Of a stretch of 64,000 nt of DNA, positions 36,708-50,720 are shown piece after piece; within the stretch, counting starts at the first letter, position 1; the number at the start of each line of letters is the position of its first letter. Both the position numbers and the translations under genes were made by a program. The notes beneath the pieces are model-generated. The model did no database searches, was not told where the DNA came from, and was given only the letters and a program-made list of their open reading frames with translations. Origin of the DNA: Mobula hypostoma (lineage: Eukaryota); the NCBI RefSeq assembly GCF_963921235.1, contig NC_086097.1:116314001-116378000 (forward strand), written 5' to 3'.

Positions 36708-37528
36708 CATATTGACTGGGACTCAATACTGTAAAAGGGCTGGATGGGAGAGTTTGCCAAACGTGTTCAGGGAAGTTCCCTTACTCAGTACGTTGAAATC
36801 CCAGTGAGAGAGAATGCAATACTAGATCTCCAATTTGCAAATGAAACAAGACAGGTGACAGAAGTTTGTGTAGAGGAACACTTTATATCCACTGATCACA
36901 ATACCATTAGTTTCAATGTAATTATGGAAAAGGGACAGGTCTGGCTCATGGGGTGAGATTCTAAATTGGAGAAAGGTCAACTTTGATGGTATTAGAAAAG
37001 TTCTGGCAGGTGTGAAATTTTGAGAGTACATAGTTTGTATGTTCCTGTCAACATAAAAGGCAAGAAAAACATATTTATAGAACTTTCTTATTTTTTGTGT
37101 GCTAGAAGAGGCGATGTGGGGGTCGATGTGCCTGTTCTGTGTTCATTCATTTTTTTGTGCAGAGCGAAGGGATTGGAGGTTGATGATCGTGCTGCCGTTC
37201 TTTTCTTTCTTGGTTCTATGGCCATCTGGAGAAGAAGAATTTTGAGTTGTATACTTTGATAATAAATGAACCTTTGAACACTTGATACATCAATGATATT
37301 AAACCTGATTCTGACTTGGAGAGAAATTAAAATAATTAAACATCTTAAGTGAAAGTTAGCCGGGGATTGAAGCAAGATCTCAGACCAATTTCTATAAAAG
37401 AAAGCAAAGAATAATTTAAAATACAAATAACTAAAAACACCATACAATACTAGAACATCAGTAACCTGCGGGGCCAGATTTATAGGAGATGAATTTGCAG
37501 TGTGATTGCTTGATTTCTTTTCCTGTAC

Positions 37529-37691
37529 CTTTCAGCTGAAAGCTAATCTGCTCAATTTCTTGCTTGGAGTGTAAACTAATCATGATAAAGTGAGAGCTAC
37601 CCAGCATCGGGGACATTGGTGAATGATGGGTCCAATATTGCATCTGCTTAACCTCAAAGACTGAAGGGCTGACAAATAAACTCTGCCACGG
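37529..37691 (-). pseudogene. Pseudo-exon, PKD1-like post-GPS stalk and TM1 region
   Basis: Acceptor TTTACCTTTTTCTCAG and donor AAAG/GTACAG. 163 nt open: PWQSLFVSPSVF...HFIMISLHSKQEIEQIS, cf. recalled PKD1 GASLFVPPSHVRF...YMVMAAILHKLDQLDAS. Confidence 0.55.
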
Positions 37692-37974
37692 CTGAGAAAA
37701 AGGTAAACCAGGGAGTAAATTCAATATCAGGTGAAACACAACGATAATGATTAGATTAAGATGCCAAAAAATGTAACAATTAAATGCAAACAAAAGCAGA
37801 GTTTGACATTTTTTTAAATCCCCAATACCAGTTTTCCTAACGGATGGGCCTCCACTTTCTACTACTCTCCAGGGAGAGGAACTGATTAATGGTTATTGAT
37901 AATTTGCATAACAGTAGAATTTTTCATATTTGAACTGTTATAAGTTCCTTTCCATGCTGTAATGGGGATATAAA

Positions 37975-39810
37975 TAGGGTAGATGAAAGTGTGTCTGAGG
38001 AGATGGAACAGAAGGGAGAGATCTGATTTCCTGGACTATTGGGAACTCTTCTGGGGCAAAGGGGACCTGGACATGAAGGACAAGTTGCATCTCATTTGGA
38101 GGGAGACCAATACAGGTTTAGGGAAAAGGCGGGGGGGTGGTTAAACTAGTCAAGGGGGTTTAAACTAGTGTGGCAAGGGGCGAGGCCCAAAGTAAGCACG
38201 TGGCACATGAGAAAGTTAAAGCAAATCTAAAACCAAAAGGCACAGCCTCAGAATCGAAGGAATATCTCATTAGAACAGACGTTCCCAACCTGCAATCCAC
38301 AGACCTCTTGGTTAATGGTCAGGGTCCATGGCATAAAAAAAAGGTTGGGAACCCCTACTTTAGAAAGAGATGAGGAGGAACTTCTTTAGTAAGAGGTTGT
38401 AAACCTGAGGAGTTCATTGCCAGACGGCTATGGCGGCAAGTTATTGGGTATACTTAAAGCAGAAGTTGATAGCTTATGAAAAGTTACAGGAAGAAGGCTG
38501 AAGTACGAGGTTGAGAGAGATCATTAATCAGCCATGATGGAAAGGAGGAGTAGACTAAATGGGCTGAATGGACAAATTCTGCTCCTATGTCTTAATGCTT
38601 TAGGGTTAAATAGAGAAATTGAAGTGAGCAAGTTCAGTAGTCAGGACCAGGCAGGGTCAGGACAGGGAGCAAGGAAGGGTTGATAGGCTAACCTGCATTT
38701 ACTTTAAAGTAAGAAGTCTAACAGGTGAGGCAGGTGAGGGTAGGGCACAGCGATGCATGTGATTTTGATATCATAACTATTATGGAAACATGTGGAAGGA
38801 TGAGTAAGACGGGCAGCTCAGGTTTCTGGAGTACATTTTGATTAGGGAGAACAGCACAGTAGTAGTCAGAGAAAATATTCCTGGGAGAAATGGCTGGTGA
38901 GGTCATACAAGTTGTGTTGTGACTGTGATCTAAGTCACCAGAGGGATATGAACCTGGTGATATTGAAGTCTAATTCATCATGACAACCAATGTTCTTCTG
39001 GAGACATTCTCTGTAGAGTCTATAAAGTCTCTCAAACACAAATTGTATCACATTTTTATACCCTTAAGATCAAAGGTAACAGTAGGTGAAACAATACACT
39101 TTCGATAGTTACAATGATGCAGGGGAAATGGCTGAAGTAACTGTAGAGAAACGCCTTGGGACATAAACTCCATTATTTTTAGAATAGTTACAGAAAAATA
39201 AGGACAAGTCGACAAGCTGGAGTCCTAACTTGAGGCAAAGATAATTTTGATGGTGATAGGAATATGCAAAGGTTAATTGGAGGAATCTATTAGCAGTTAA
39301 AGGGATGCCTGATGAGTGGGAGATAGGGGAAGTTTGGTGCTAACATGTTCCTATTACAGTGAAGGGGAAGACTTCCAGGATGAGAGAACCCTTGGCTAAC
39401 AAAGGATTTTGAGGCTCTTGTCAAGAAAAAGAAACAGGCATATGTAAGGACAGCTGGGAACTAGCAAAAGGGCAACTGGAGAGAGAATAGGACCTCTTTA
39501 AGAATCAGAGTGGATATTTATGTGTTGAGCAAAAGGAAGTGGTTTTGAATGAGTATGTCTCAACTGTATTTACTGTGGAGAATGTCAAGCAAGGTAGAGA
39601 AGAGAAAAATAAAGCCCTGAAACATACAGTATCAATATTATAACAGAAGAGGTGCTGGCACTGTTGAGGCACTTAAAGGTGGACAAATCCTAGACAGGTT
39701 CATAGGTAGCAAGGATTCAGAGGGGTATGGGCCCAGTGCAGTCAAATGGGATTAGCTCGGGATGGGATTATCCTGGGTGGCATAGATTAGTTAGCTGATG
39801 AGTCTGTTCC
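37975..39810 (+). mobile_element. Cluster of degenerate CR1 fragments
   Basis: Esterase remnant near 38030-38110; CR1 3' end 38360-38600; EPWLTK..IGPL..VFTVE..LKVDKS near 39380-39690. Confidence 0.7.
38276..38357. mobile_element. 82-bp hAT-type MITE
   Basis: TIRs CAGACGTTCCCAACCT / AGGTTGGGAACCCCTA. The 8-bp flanks CATTAGAA and CTTTAGAA match at 7 of 8. Confidence 0.75.
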
Positions 39811-40649
39811 GTGCATAAAAGTATAATCACTGATCCATTACTTTTTTTCACAGCAAATACATTTTAATCCTCTCGAATTGTAGAGAATATCATGGTAATA
39901 TCCAACATATTGCCAGAACATCAACTCGAGCTCAAATTGTCACTTCGTATACTTCTTGACTACTTTGAAAAGGACAAAAATAATGCACTTGACATAATCA
40001 CACATGAAACATCTACAAGGCCTATTGTGCTTCATTGATTCAGAGACACTAAACTGATTGCCCAAGTGGGTTCACAAAGAGGTTTGACAATGCTTTCAAA
40101 TGGTTGGTATTATACAGCATGTTCGTACATTGTAGGCAGACTGACATACTTATCTGATGTTCTGATAAAGGTGACATCATTACAGATGCAAGTAAATAGG
40201 TAAAAGTATTTCCTGAAAAATTGCTACATTAAATAAAGATGATTCCAAGCATCTTTTTTACATTTAAGGCCAACTTAATTTATAAGCATTCAACTTTCAC
40301 CACTAGAGTACTCAATTATGCTCTGAGTTAGAAATATTAGGTATGTAGAGATTTTACATCGGACATTAAACATCAGGAGTTTCCAGATTTAGTTTACATA
40401 TTTATGATTAAATTGCATCTTTGTTTTATTCTATTGTGCATAATATATTTCAATTAAATATTGCATAGTGATTTAAATAATCATATTTTGCATTTCCAGT
40501 AGACAACAGAAATGTTAATCAAATGCAACATTAATTAAGTTATTTCAGTCTAAATATTAATGCAGTTACGGGGAAAAAGGAAAATATGTTTTATTTATTT
40601 TGCCTCTTCAAGTTATGATTATAGGGCTGAGTATTCCTTTGAACTGCTG

Positions 40650-40920
40650 TCATTTTCAATTTCCAGAGACAAAGGTGAGGAACTAGGAAATTAAGTCTAA
40701 GTGGTGGGATGGGCTGTTTATAATGTAATCCAATCTGAAAAAGTGTCCATTACTGTTCTGCTCTCTGATGTAGCCACTTAGAATTAATATGTGCCTTAAA
40801 TTCATCCTTCTAGAGGTGATTGTTGGATGGATAGATCTGATCACCTGTTTCTCCTCAAAATGTCTTGTGTCATGAGGCAATGACAGTGAAGTGACAAGGC
40901 AGTGAAGGCATTGTAGAATA
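40650..40920 (-). pseudogene. Pseudo-exon, PKD1-like GAIN subdomain B
   Basis: ORF 40683-40925: LVTSLSL..RHFEEKQVIRSIHP..EQNSNGHFFRLDYII, cf. recalled PKD1 KVASMAF..ERLASERAITVKVP..SSNPAAGLHLQLNYTL. The 5' edge abuts a SINE. Confidence 0.5.
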
Positions 40921-43616
40921 TTCAAGATTCAAATTTACTTATCACTTGTGCATTGAAACATACTGTGAGATGCACTAATGCCCAACATACCTGAGGGTAT
41001 TCTGGGGGCAGACCATAAGTGCCATTACACATTCCTGCACCAACATAGCGTGCCCACAATGCTCGGCAAATTCATTTCTCTGAAGAGAAGACAAATGCCT
41101 TCATTAATCAGTTTTAATACTAGTGGGGGTATTCGGCAAAACAGCATAGAATACAACAAAACAGAACACAACAAGCAACAAAATAACAACAGCAAAACAA
41201 GCCTAGTTCCTCCCACACACCCATCCATGCACGTGCTGTTACACAGTTCTTCATCTCCAGGGTACACCATCTTTGATCTCCAGCCTCCAGTGGATTCAAA
41301 CTCAGACTCACAGACATTGGCCTTCAACATGAATTCAGACTCAGACTCACAGACTTTGGACTTCGGCTTTCCAAAAGACTTCACAGATTTGCAGATTACG
41401 GGCTCTGGTTAATGTACTTTTGATTGACCCTCGGGCCTCAATCCTTGGCATCAATATACACCTTGTTTTCTGCATCAAAGAACTAATTGTTAATGTGTGC
41501 CTTAAATCCAATAAAATATTTCACCTGGCATCAAAACAGATTGATGAAGGCATTTGTCTTCTTGACAGTGAAATGCATTTCTCAGTGGGAACTTTCACTT
41601 CCTGATTTATATAAAAGACAGGAGAAAAAAGAGTGTAATAAGTCAGTAACAATAAGTAAAACAAACATGCTTCTAAGATTTCAATGCTCACTCCATGGCA
41701 TTTATAAAAAATTAGGGCTTTACCATAAAGTAATGAATTACAAAACCATAATATAAAAATTATTGTACACTTGAGTTTGGTGCTGCCTAACAGCCTCTTG
41801 CTTGCTGCTGGTTGAGGAAGATATCTGTGTGTGACAATCTCTCTCTCCATCTCTCTCCCTGCTCTCAAAGGATGGTTCCAGCATTTGAATGGTCCCTCTC
41901 TCTCCTAATGCTGAAGTTCTGGGTCTGCTGTTTGCGGGTTGGACTCTGTGGGAGAGGTTCTGGGTCTGCGGTTTGTGGGTTGGACTCTGTAGTTCCCACT
42001 ATGTTTTCTGGTAACTCCTTTTTTTTGTTGCTATTTTGGGGGATTTTGAATCGGGGCGGCCTACAGATAATGAACATTGAGCTGAACTCAATATGCCAGG
42101 ACACTTTGTATTTAATGTTTTACGTTCTGTATTTTTCACTCGTTTCTCTTTTGTTGTCACTTGCACAATTTGTTTTTTTTTCCATGTGGCAGGGGGTTGA
42201 TGTTTTACTTTGACTGAGGCTGTGCACGTGGTGTTTCTTTGCTTCCTGGCTGTCTGTGAAGAAGACAAATCTCAGGGAAGTATGCTACACACACACCTCG
42301 GTAATAAATTTACTTTGAATCTAGAATCTTTTCTCTGTGTTTAATGATTAGGTACCCACTTTAACGAGGTAACCATTGGGATAAGAATTGTTTTGCCCAA
42401 GGCTCTGTTTCCTCCCGTATTCCAAAGACACATGGGTTAGGGTTAGTGAATAGTGTGCTTGCTATAATGGCACCGGAAGCATGGCTCATATCTACGTTAG
42501 ACTGAGGCTGTGACCTACAGCTGGTGGACTTCTGGATCAGCTGCAGTGATGTCTGGCTTTGAACTTCAACTCTGAATGCTGTTTGCTTGCTTTTAGTATT
42601 TGCATGACTTGTTCTTTTCTCTGGGTGTTTTGACATTCTTCTTTTGTTTTGAACGGGCTTCCTTGGGATTTCTTTGTTTCGTACCTGCCTGTAAGGAGAC
42701 AAGTCCCAAGGCCGTATAAAGTATACATACTTTGATAGTAAATATATTTTAAACTTTGAACACTTGCCCAACACAATCTTTGCTGATTTGCTTTGACACA
42801 AGATGATAAATTTCACTGTATGTTTTGATGTATATGTGACAAATAAAGTTAATTCCTTTTATCTTTAAAATCCAGTCACTAAATACATTTAGCTGCTCTG
42901 CTTGTATTTCCAGGCATGTACAGTGATGTTAATCTGCACATGTTACATTAATGTAATTTATAACTTCTTAAAGGTTCTGATACAAGTTGTATTGATACTA
43001 AGTACCAGACCACTTCTTATCTGGAGAGTCAAATCCAGACCTGCACAAGTTCAATGGCTAATGTCAAATGGGCTACTGGCATGGACTTTCTCTGCAGCTG
43101 AGTTGATCTTCAAGATTTATTCACATCCAGCGAACAGTGAAATGGCTCGGGTGCACTGCAATAGATAACAGGGGGATGAGCATGTTGGAGATCTCCTCAG
43201 AGTTGGTACAGAGCTGGAAAATCCCAAGCAACACACACAAAACACTGGAGGAACTCAGCATCTAAGAAAAAGAATGAACAGTCAACATTTCAAGCTGAGG
43301 CCATTTTTATTCTGGCATCTTCCCCCTTCCTTCTCAGTCCTGAAGTGTCTGGACCAAAATATTGATTGTTTACTTTTTTCCATAGGTGCTGTCTGACCTG
43401 CAGAGTTCCCCTAGCATTTTGCAGGTACTGCTTTATAGTAAATACATATCTGTTTACCAGCCCAAGGCAATCCCATAAACTCCAGGTGGAAGCTTGCCAT
43501 TGTACATTTAAGATCAAGAAAGAACTGCTCACAGCTCACGTAAGCACATGAGGTGTGGAAGTAAGACAGTTCATGTGGCACATAGATGCTGAAGCTTGAG
43601 CCTGCAAAGGGCTCAC

Positions 43617-44464
43617 CTCACTCTACGTACACACTGCATGCAGGGTAGACTGCGTGGGATGTTGAGGAGGAGTGAATAAGAAATAGTATAAAAATAAAGG
43701 ATATTTGGATCTGGGAGCATTCATTCCAGTCTGATTGACCCCCCTCTTGACGTCAGCTTGTAATAAAGAGAATACTTCCTCTGAGTGTAAACCCTGGACT
43801 CTTTCCATCAACAAATGTGTTCAACTTTCACCCACAGTATTAGTAAAAACAGATAACCATGCGTTCTCCGAGGATTTAATTAGCAAAGTCTTTTGTTCTG
43901 AGGTACAAGGAAATTAAATTGCTAATGCTTCAGTATTCACATTCACCAACCGCACATCCCCCCATGTATTCAAAAGGTCACTGAAACATCAGATGAGTCT
44001 CCCAGTTCATAGCTTTTCGATGAAGCCTACCAGCCCCAACAAAGAGGAGGTTGGAAAGATATTGTACAAGAATAGACTGCCCAGGGAGTGACAACCCTCA
44101 CTCAATGGACCAAAGTTAAACAAGATGCTGCAAATATCTGCAAGAAAGTATATGGTGACATATAATAAATTTAATATTTGATAATCAACTTACTTTCATT
44201 TTAAACTTGCATGTCCTCACGAGATAAGTTTGAACTCCATGCTCATTTCAGATCTGTTGAGTGTAGATCCCAACAGGAAATGCTTTTCCTTGAGTATTTT
44301 GGTGAGATGCTATTCCTCAGTACAGAGAGATGTACAGTTGAAGTAATTCTATTTGCTAATTGGGATCAGAATTACAGTATTTCACATGCCAGTGCAGTTT
44401 GATGTGTGATCTGGGCTTTCGTACACAGCTTACTACAGCTCTCTGTTGGGAAGTTTCTTGCAGC
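43617..44464 (-). pseudogene. Two phase-compatible pseudo-exons (44464-44194 and 43897-43617), GAIN region
   Basis: Donor GAAA/GTAAGT joined to acceptor TTTCCTTGTACCTCAG gives QV*NE-KQKTLLIKS, cf. recalled PKD1 RVLNE-EPLTLAGE. Later SKYPLF resembles SNPFPF. Confidence 0.45.
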
Positions 44465-44589
44465 CTGTGTTGATATTGGCTCAAAAAGCTCTCCTCTTTA
44501 AAATCTCCATCCCCTCTAAGATCTTCACACTGAGGCAATCCCAGTTAACAGTTAAGAAGCCGAAATCCCCTCCTACTCAATCCCATTGT

Positions 44590-45040
44590 TCTCACTGCTT
44601 TCTGTGTTCTGTCCATGCCCTAGTATGGTTTGGAGTTCTGGTGCATGACAGACGGCAACCTTGCCAAGCTATTGTCATTTCACAGCACTAGCCTCCAGAA
44701 GATCCTCTGTATTTCTGGGCAAGAAAGATCTCTAACCAGACCCTACTCCTTCAATGTGATCAAGAGGACATGGCCACAATCTTCTTGAGGAAGTGCTGGA
44801 GATGGATTGGGCACGTGATGAGAAGACAGGGCAATTCCATCATCAAGAGTGCATTTCATTGGACCCCTGAAGGTGGAAAAATTGTGCAAGTCCAATGACA
44901 AATTGGGGCCGTACTGCAGAGGCAGAAACAAAGATCCTGAACCAAACGTGGGACACAGTAGAGAAGTTGGCCAAGGACAGAGAGAAATGGAGGACTTTCA
45001 CTGCTACCCTAAATGTCAGAGGTGTAACAGGTTGTAAGTA
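44590..45040 (+). mobile_element. Second RTE-type LINE 3' fragment (related tail inverted at ~45165-45245)
   Basis: WRWIGHVMRRQGNSIIKSAFHWTPEG; tail GTAAGTAAG. Confidence 0.75.
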
Positions 45041-47089
45041 AGTTTCTGTGAATTGCCTCCTAGTCCATTCTTCTATCTCCCAGTAAAAGTTTGGAGCTTT
45101 ATAGTGTACTCCAGGAATGTGATCATCCTCCTCTTGTGCTCCTAAACTCACTCATATATCCTCGTTTGACTTACCACTTACTTATTTACAGCCCCTTTCT
45201 CCACTGGCATTTAGAGCAGCGCTGAAGGTCCTCCATCTCTGATTGTCCATGCAGTCACACACAGATACAGAAGGTTACTTCATTGCTGGTTCCAAATCGA
45301 TTTATTTTTGACCAGTCAGGGTTGTCAGCTGAACCTCCGAACCTAGAGGACCAGTAGACGACTCTTAGTCTAGCCTCTACCCTTTGACCTGTTAGGCATG
45401 GGTGACCCTACCAAGAGCTAAAGCACAGGGTTCTGACTCCAGCCAGCATAGCTCTCTGGGTCTTTTCACCCAATGACCAGTAATTTCATGTCCTTTTGAG
45501 TAAATGTAAGCCAACATTCCCTCCCACTATTAGTGTTCATCTCCACCATGACACCTATAATCTGTGTATGGACTGCCTGAAGCTAATTCACAACAGGCTT
45601 CACTGTAGTGTTGCTCTCCTTAATCAATTTTGCAAAGTCACCTCCTCTTTTGTTTCTCCTATCTGCCTCCAACACACCATACCTGAAGATTCGAAGTCCT
45701 TTCCCTCTTTCCACCAAGTTTCCATAATAACAATAAAATACTCCAGTTTGATAATCAACTCTATCAGTTCATCTTTATTACCAGTAAAGCTTCTCGTATT
45801 AAAATAAATGTCATTTACCCTGTGTTTTCCCATGAGTTTTTAAGCCCTGTGTGTGCACTGTTCCTATCTAACTTAGTCTTCCTTCTGAGTTTGACTACAT
45901 TGTCCCCCTCCACCACCAAGCCCACACATCAACTTCATGACTATTCTGTGTCCCATTCCAATGGCAAATTAGTTCAAATCCCATCCAACAGCATAAGCAA
46001 ACTTTCCTGTAAGAATGCAGTGTTTCTACACAAAACGTCAACCATTCCTTTCTCCACCACAAACACTGCTTGACCCATTGATTTCGCCCAGCAGATTGTT
46101 GCTCCCAGCTTTAGCATCTGCAGCTTCTCACATCTCCCTGCAAGGATGATGAATCAGTTATGATTTAAGTACAATCTATCCAGTTCATGTAGTTTCCAGA
46201 TTCTACAGAAATCATGGCAGTGATCTAGAAATATAAAGACCTGCCTCCTGCTCCAACACTTTAGCCACAGATTTTGACAGAGTTGTGTAATGGTAAGGTA
46301 ACACCATAACAGTGCTAAATGTAAGGTCAAGGTTCAATTCCCACTAATGCCTGTTCGGAGCGTGTATGTTCTCCCTGTGACTGCATTGGTTTCCTCCAGA
46401 TGATCCAGTCTCCTCCCACATTTAAAGACTTGTGTTTAGGTTTAGTAAGTTATTGGTGCTGGAAATGTGGCACCACTTGCTGGATTCCCAGCACAATGAT
46501 GCATTTCATTGTATGTTTTGATGTGCATGTGACAAATAAAGGTATTTTTTATTTATATTTATACATTTATTTTACCTACCCTTCAATTCCCATATTTATT
46601 AGCATGCAGCACCAGAAGTAATTCAGGGTTTATAACAAATGAGGTAATTTTCTTTTTATTTATATTGTAATGTGATTCACAGCCTCTGACAGTTAATCCT
46701 CTCCTGTAGAATGTCTTTCAATAGTTCTGTGCATTATTTGACCCCAGCATGAGGAAGGGAACATCTATGGCTGCAGAGATAGCTGCCTATTACCTTCACT
46801 ATTGTCTGTTAACTAAGATTCCCTCACCTCAATTCTCCACCCCCAGCACCCCCTGACTTTCAATCTCGCTATCCGTACAGTTCAGCCACCCAGCATGCAG
46901 TGATCTCTGCTCAAGATCTAAAACAGGCTAAATTGGAAGCAGCTTCTGTAGATGTTGTCACCTCAACCATAAAAACGTGTCTCAGAATCTCTGTATGTTG
47001 CAAGAGGTACAAACCAGAAATGAACTCCTCTCCCGTTTTTTTTCCCATTTAAAAAGCAATAAGGTGCCTAGATTAATGCTTTAAGGCTC

Positions 47090-47625
47090 CAACACAATAT
47101 GGCTGATGTTAACTTGTATCATCAATGAGTAGTGTAATCACATAAGAGAATCCATAGAATGCAACTTATGTTCCGCCACAAAGACACAAACTTACAATTA
47201 AACTGTACAAAATACTGGTCAGGCCATGCACAGAGCATGCACCAGATTCCAGTCAACGTTCTTTAAGCAGGGTGTGAATGACTTGGTGAGGGTGACATGG
47301 AGAAGATATTTCCTGTATGGAGGAGTCTCAGACCGAAGGATTCAGCCTCAGATTACAAGGAGGCACCATTAGAACCAGAGATGAGATGGAATTTCATTAG
47401 CCAGTGGGTGGTGTATCTGTGGAGTTCATGCTGACTTGCCCAAGTATTTGGGTAAATCTAAAGCAGAGGCTAATAGGTTCTTAATTAGTAATAGTATCAA
47501 AGTTTGTGGGGAGAAGGCAGGAGATTAGGGTTAAGAGGGATAATAAACAAGCCATGATGGAATGGCAGAGCAGACTCGATGTGTTGAATGGGATAACTCG
47601 GTTCTTATGTTCATGGTCTTATGGT
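47090..47625 (+). mobile_element. Degenerate CR1 3' fragment
   Basis: LYKILVRP, then a typical CR1 3' end (TCAGCCTCAG..GAGATGAG..AGCCATGATGGAATGGCAGAGCAGACTCGAT). Confidence 0.7.
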
Positions 47626-48611
47626 GCAGAAAAATCTCACAAAACTCTCCCTAAAACTCACTCCTCCGACACCTAAGGATGGTCTTGATGACAACTCCAA
47701 CAATTCAATCTGCCCGTCTCAGACCCACAATTGGAAAGTATCTACCTAGAAGAGTTAAAAATGATTTCCAAAGCGCCAATAAGTGTTTGCCATATTTTCA
47801 CAGCAGCAGATATTGCCTGATTGCAGTCAAGAAGCAAGGTAATTAACTAACATGTTAAAAGATTGATAGGATTAAGGATTAGATTTATCTGTCACATATA
47901 CATTGAAACATACAGTGAAATGGATCATTTGTGCCAATGACGAACAAACACAGTCCAAGGATTGTACTGGGGTTGTCCACTAGTGTCACCATAGTTCTGG
48001 CACCAATATAGCATGCCCAGAACTCAATACCCCTACCATATAAAACCCACATGGTCACATGGAGAATGTACAAACTCCTTACAGACAGTGGCGGGATTTG
48101 AATGCCAATCGGTGATTGCCAACACTGTGAAGCATTGTGCTAACTGCAGCGCTACCATGCTTCCCGAAAAAAAAACATGCCCCCTGCCTGGGAACAGGCA
48201 TGGACCAATAATCTGAGTGTTTTCCTGTTGTGTGCACAAAGCTACCTGTTTTCCGGAAGTCACAAAACATGGCAATGAAGAGGAGGTGGTTGCTGCCAGG
48301 AGGTTTTTTCAAACATTGTTGATAATTTACCTCTTCTCAATCTGGCATACTTCTATTCCCCAGCCCTCCCAAAAGATATCTTCTCCCTAGTGTTATCAGT
48401 CCTGCCTGTCTTGTTCATTGGCATCCTGTCATCTCCAACCGTGGGTCCTCTCCAATTTCCTAATTGCTAGGAATTGCCCTAAAAGTTCCAGATTGCAGTC
48501 ATCTGCTACGCCGCCCACAATCAGTTTGCTCATTTGGCAGTGTGCTGGCTTAGAAACAGAGCTAAATGAGATTATCATATCAGATAGTCAAATTCAAACG
48601 TGTTGACTTAC

Positions 48612-48794
48612 TTAGCTGTAAAAAGAACACTTCAGCTGTCTCAGTCATCTTCACAGACATCATTTCATGGCTCATTATTGGCATTCGGATTCAGGAGGAA
48701 ATAATGCTTTTCATGCCAGTCATACTAAATACACTTAATATTAGCATGTTGCTGCATCACTTGTTCCAGATTGGTCAAACGTGTTGAAGTCTTC
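48612..48794 (-). pseudogene. Pseudo-exon, GAIN subdomain A-like
   Basis: AG/GTAAGT bounded. KTSTRLTNLEQVMQQHANIKCI*, cf. recalled PKD1 LRVHTVDDIQQIAAALAQCM. Confidence 0.4.
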
Positions 48795-48929
48795 CTGTTT
48801 GCTTTATTGCAGGAAGTGCAGAGATCTTGGCTTCAGTAATGGCCAAAGGCCAGGTTCCAGAGCACTACAGTGTGGCCAATGTCAGAATCAGGTTTGTTTT
48901 TACTGGAACGTGATGTACCATTGTTTAAA

Positions 48930-50720
48930 AAAAATAGTAGCAAATAAAAGCCAGGAAACTACAATCCTGTGAGTCTGACATCAGTTTTGGGCGAATTGCT
49001 GCAGTGGATACCGAGGGATAGGATCTACCAGCATTCGGAAAGACAGGATCTGATTTGGGACAGTCAGATTGGCTTTGTACATGCGAAGCTGTGTCTGACC
49101 ATTTCCTTGGAGCTCCATGATGACATAACTATGAGGGTAGGTGAGGATAGGGCAGTGGATGCTGTCTGTTTGGAGTTTAGCAAGGCTTTTTATAAGATCC
49201 CCTATGGCAGGCTAGGATTGAATAGGATCCAGGGGAAATGGCAGAACGGATTCATAATTGACTCAGGTGTAGGTGATAGTTGATAGTTCTTTCTCAGACA
49301 GGAGGACTGTCTGATGGGGTGTTATTGGGATTGGTGCTGGCACCTACTCTTTAAAAGAAAACGGAGCAACATGCTAGTGTAGTGGTTAGCACAATGCTTT
49401 ACAGCAGCAGGTTCGATTCCCACTGCCGTCTGCAAGGAGTTTGTACATTCTCTCTGTGACCAGGTGGACTTCCTCCAGGTGCTCCCTTTACTTCCCTCTT
49501 TCCAAACACATATGCTTCGGGTTACATTTATTGAGTTGTGGGTACGCTACCTTGCTGCCAGAACAGTGGCAACACTTAAAGGCTGCTCAGCATAAACCTC
49601 ACTGATTTGATTTGATGCAAAAACGATGCATTTCACTGTATGTTTTGATGTACTTGTGACAAATAAAGCTAATCTTTATCTACCTTTATCTTTTCCCATT
49701 TATATAAACAATTTGATTGCGAATGTGCAAGGCATGATTAATATGCTTATGGATGATACTAAAATAGGCAGTGCTGTACATAGTGTAGAAGGCTGTAAAA
49801 TTGTGATTAGCTAGGCATATGGGCTGAGGATTGTTGGATGGCTTTCAATTCTGATAACACTAAAGTATTACACTTTGTGAGATCTGTTATAGCACAAATA
49901 TCATTAAACTAAAAATAGTGCAGAAAAAGTTTATTAGGATGTTTACCTTCTGGTAAAAATGTTTTCCCGTTCTCTCCCCCTTTCTTCTATTCCCACTCTC
50001 AACAGCCTATCACATCCCTCTGAGTCCCCTCTTTTCCTTTCTCCTATGGTCCACTCTCCTTTCCTAGCAGATCCTTCCTCTCCACCCACCCGGCTTCACC
50101 TATCACTTTTTAGCTATTCTTCTTCCCCTACCCCCACCTTTTTAATCTGGCAGCTTCCCGTTTCCTTTCCAGTCCTGAAGAAGGGTCTTGGCCCAAAACA
50201 TCAACTGTTCATTCATTTCCACGGACGGTACCTAACCTGCTGAGTTCCTCCAGCATTTTATAGGTGTTGCTTTGGATTTCCAGCATCTGCAGACGTCCTT
50301 GAGTTCATTATTAGGTTGTTGCCTGGACTTGGGGGCTTGTGTTACAAGGAGAGGCTGAGCAAACTGGTACTTCATTCTTTGGAACGTACGGGTATTGAGG
50401 GAGATGACTTGATTGAGATATACAAGACCTTGAACAGCACTTTCAGAGTGAGCATAGATTTAGTTTTTTTTAACCTGGGTGGGGGGTATAAACAAGAGGA
50501 CTGTGGTTTAAGGTCATAGGCAAGAGGTTTAAAAGGGACAATCATGGGCAGCTACTTCATGGAAATCATAGTCCAAATTTGGAACAAGCTATCAGAGATA
50601 ATGGTTGGGGTGGGCACTTAAGCAACATTTGAACACTGTCATGAAAAGTACAAGATGTTCAGAGAGCTATATTTCAAAAATTGAATAATGGGACTTGCTC
50701 ATTAGGCTATTAAGGTATAT
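48930..50720 (+). mobile_element. Old CR1 RT fragment interrupted by a SINE (~49365-49680) and a Penelope 3' fragment (~49955-50305)
   Basis: SLTSVLGELL..EFSKAFYKIP, LMDDTKIG and LPGLGGLCYKERL. The PLE carries the degenerate hammerhead CAGTC-CTGAAGA-AGGGTCTTGGCCC-AAAA. Confidence 0.8.

Larger units (their letters stand above)
33590..37085 (+). mobile_element. Old CR1 (5' UTR, ORF1, ORF2 endonuclease) hosting two younger insertions
   Basis: LLRNCVKELELQLNDL, esterase-like FRLLDHWALF..LHLNWRGTNNL, DFNFPHID/WD split by the RTE, and TRQVTEVCVEEHF.TDHNTI. Confidence 0.8.
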
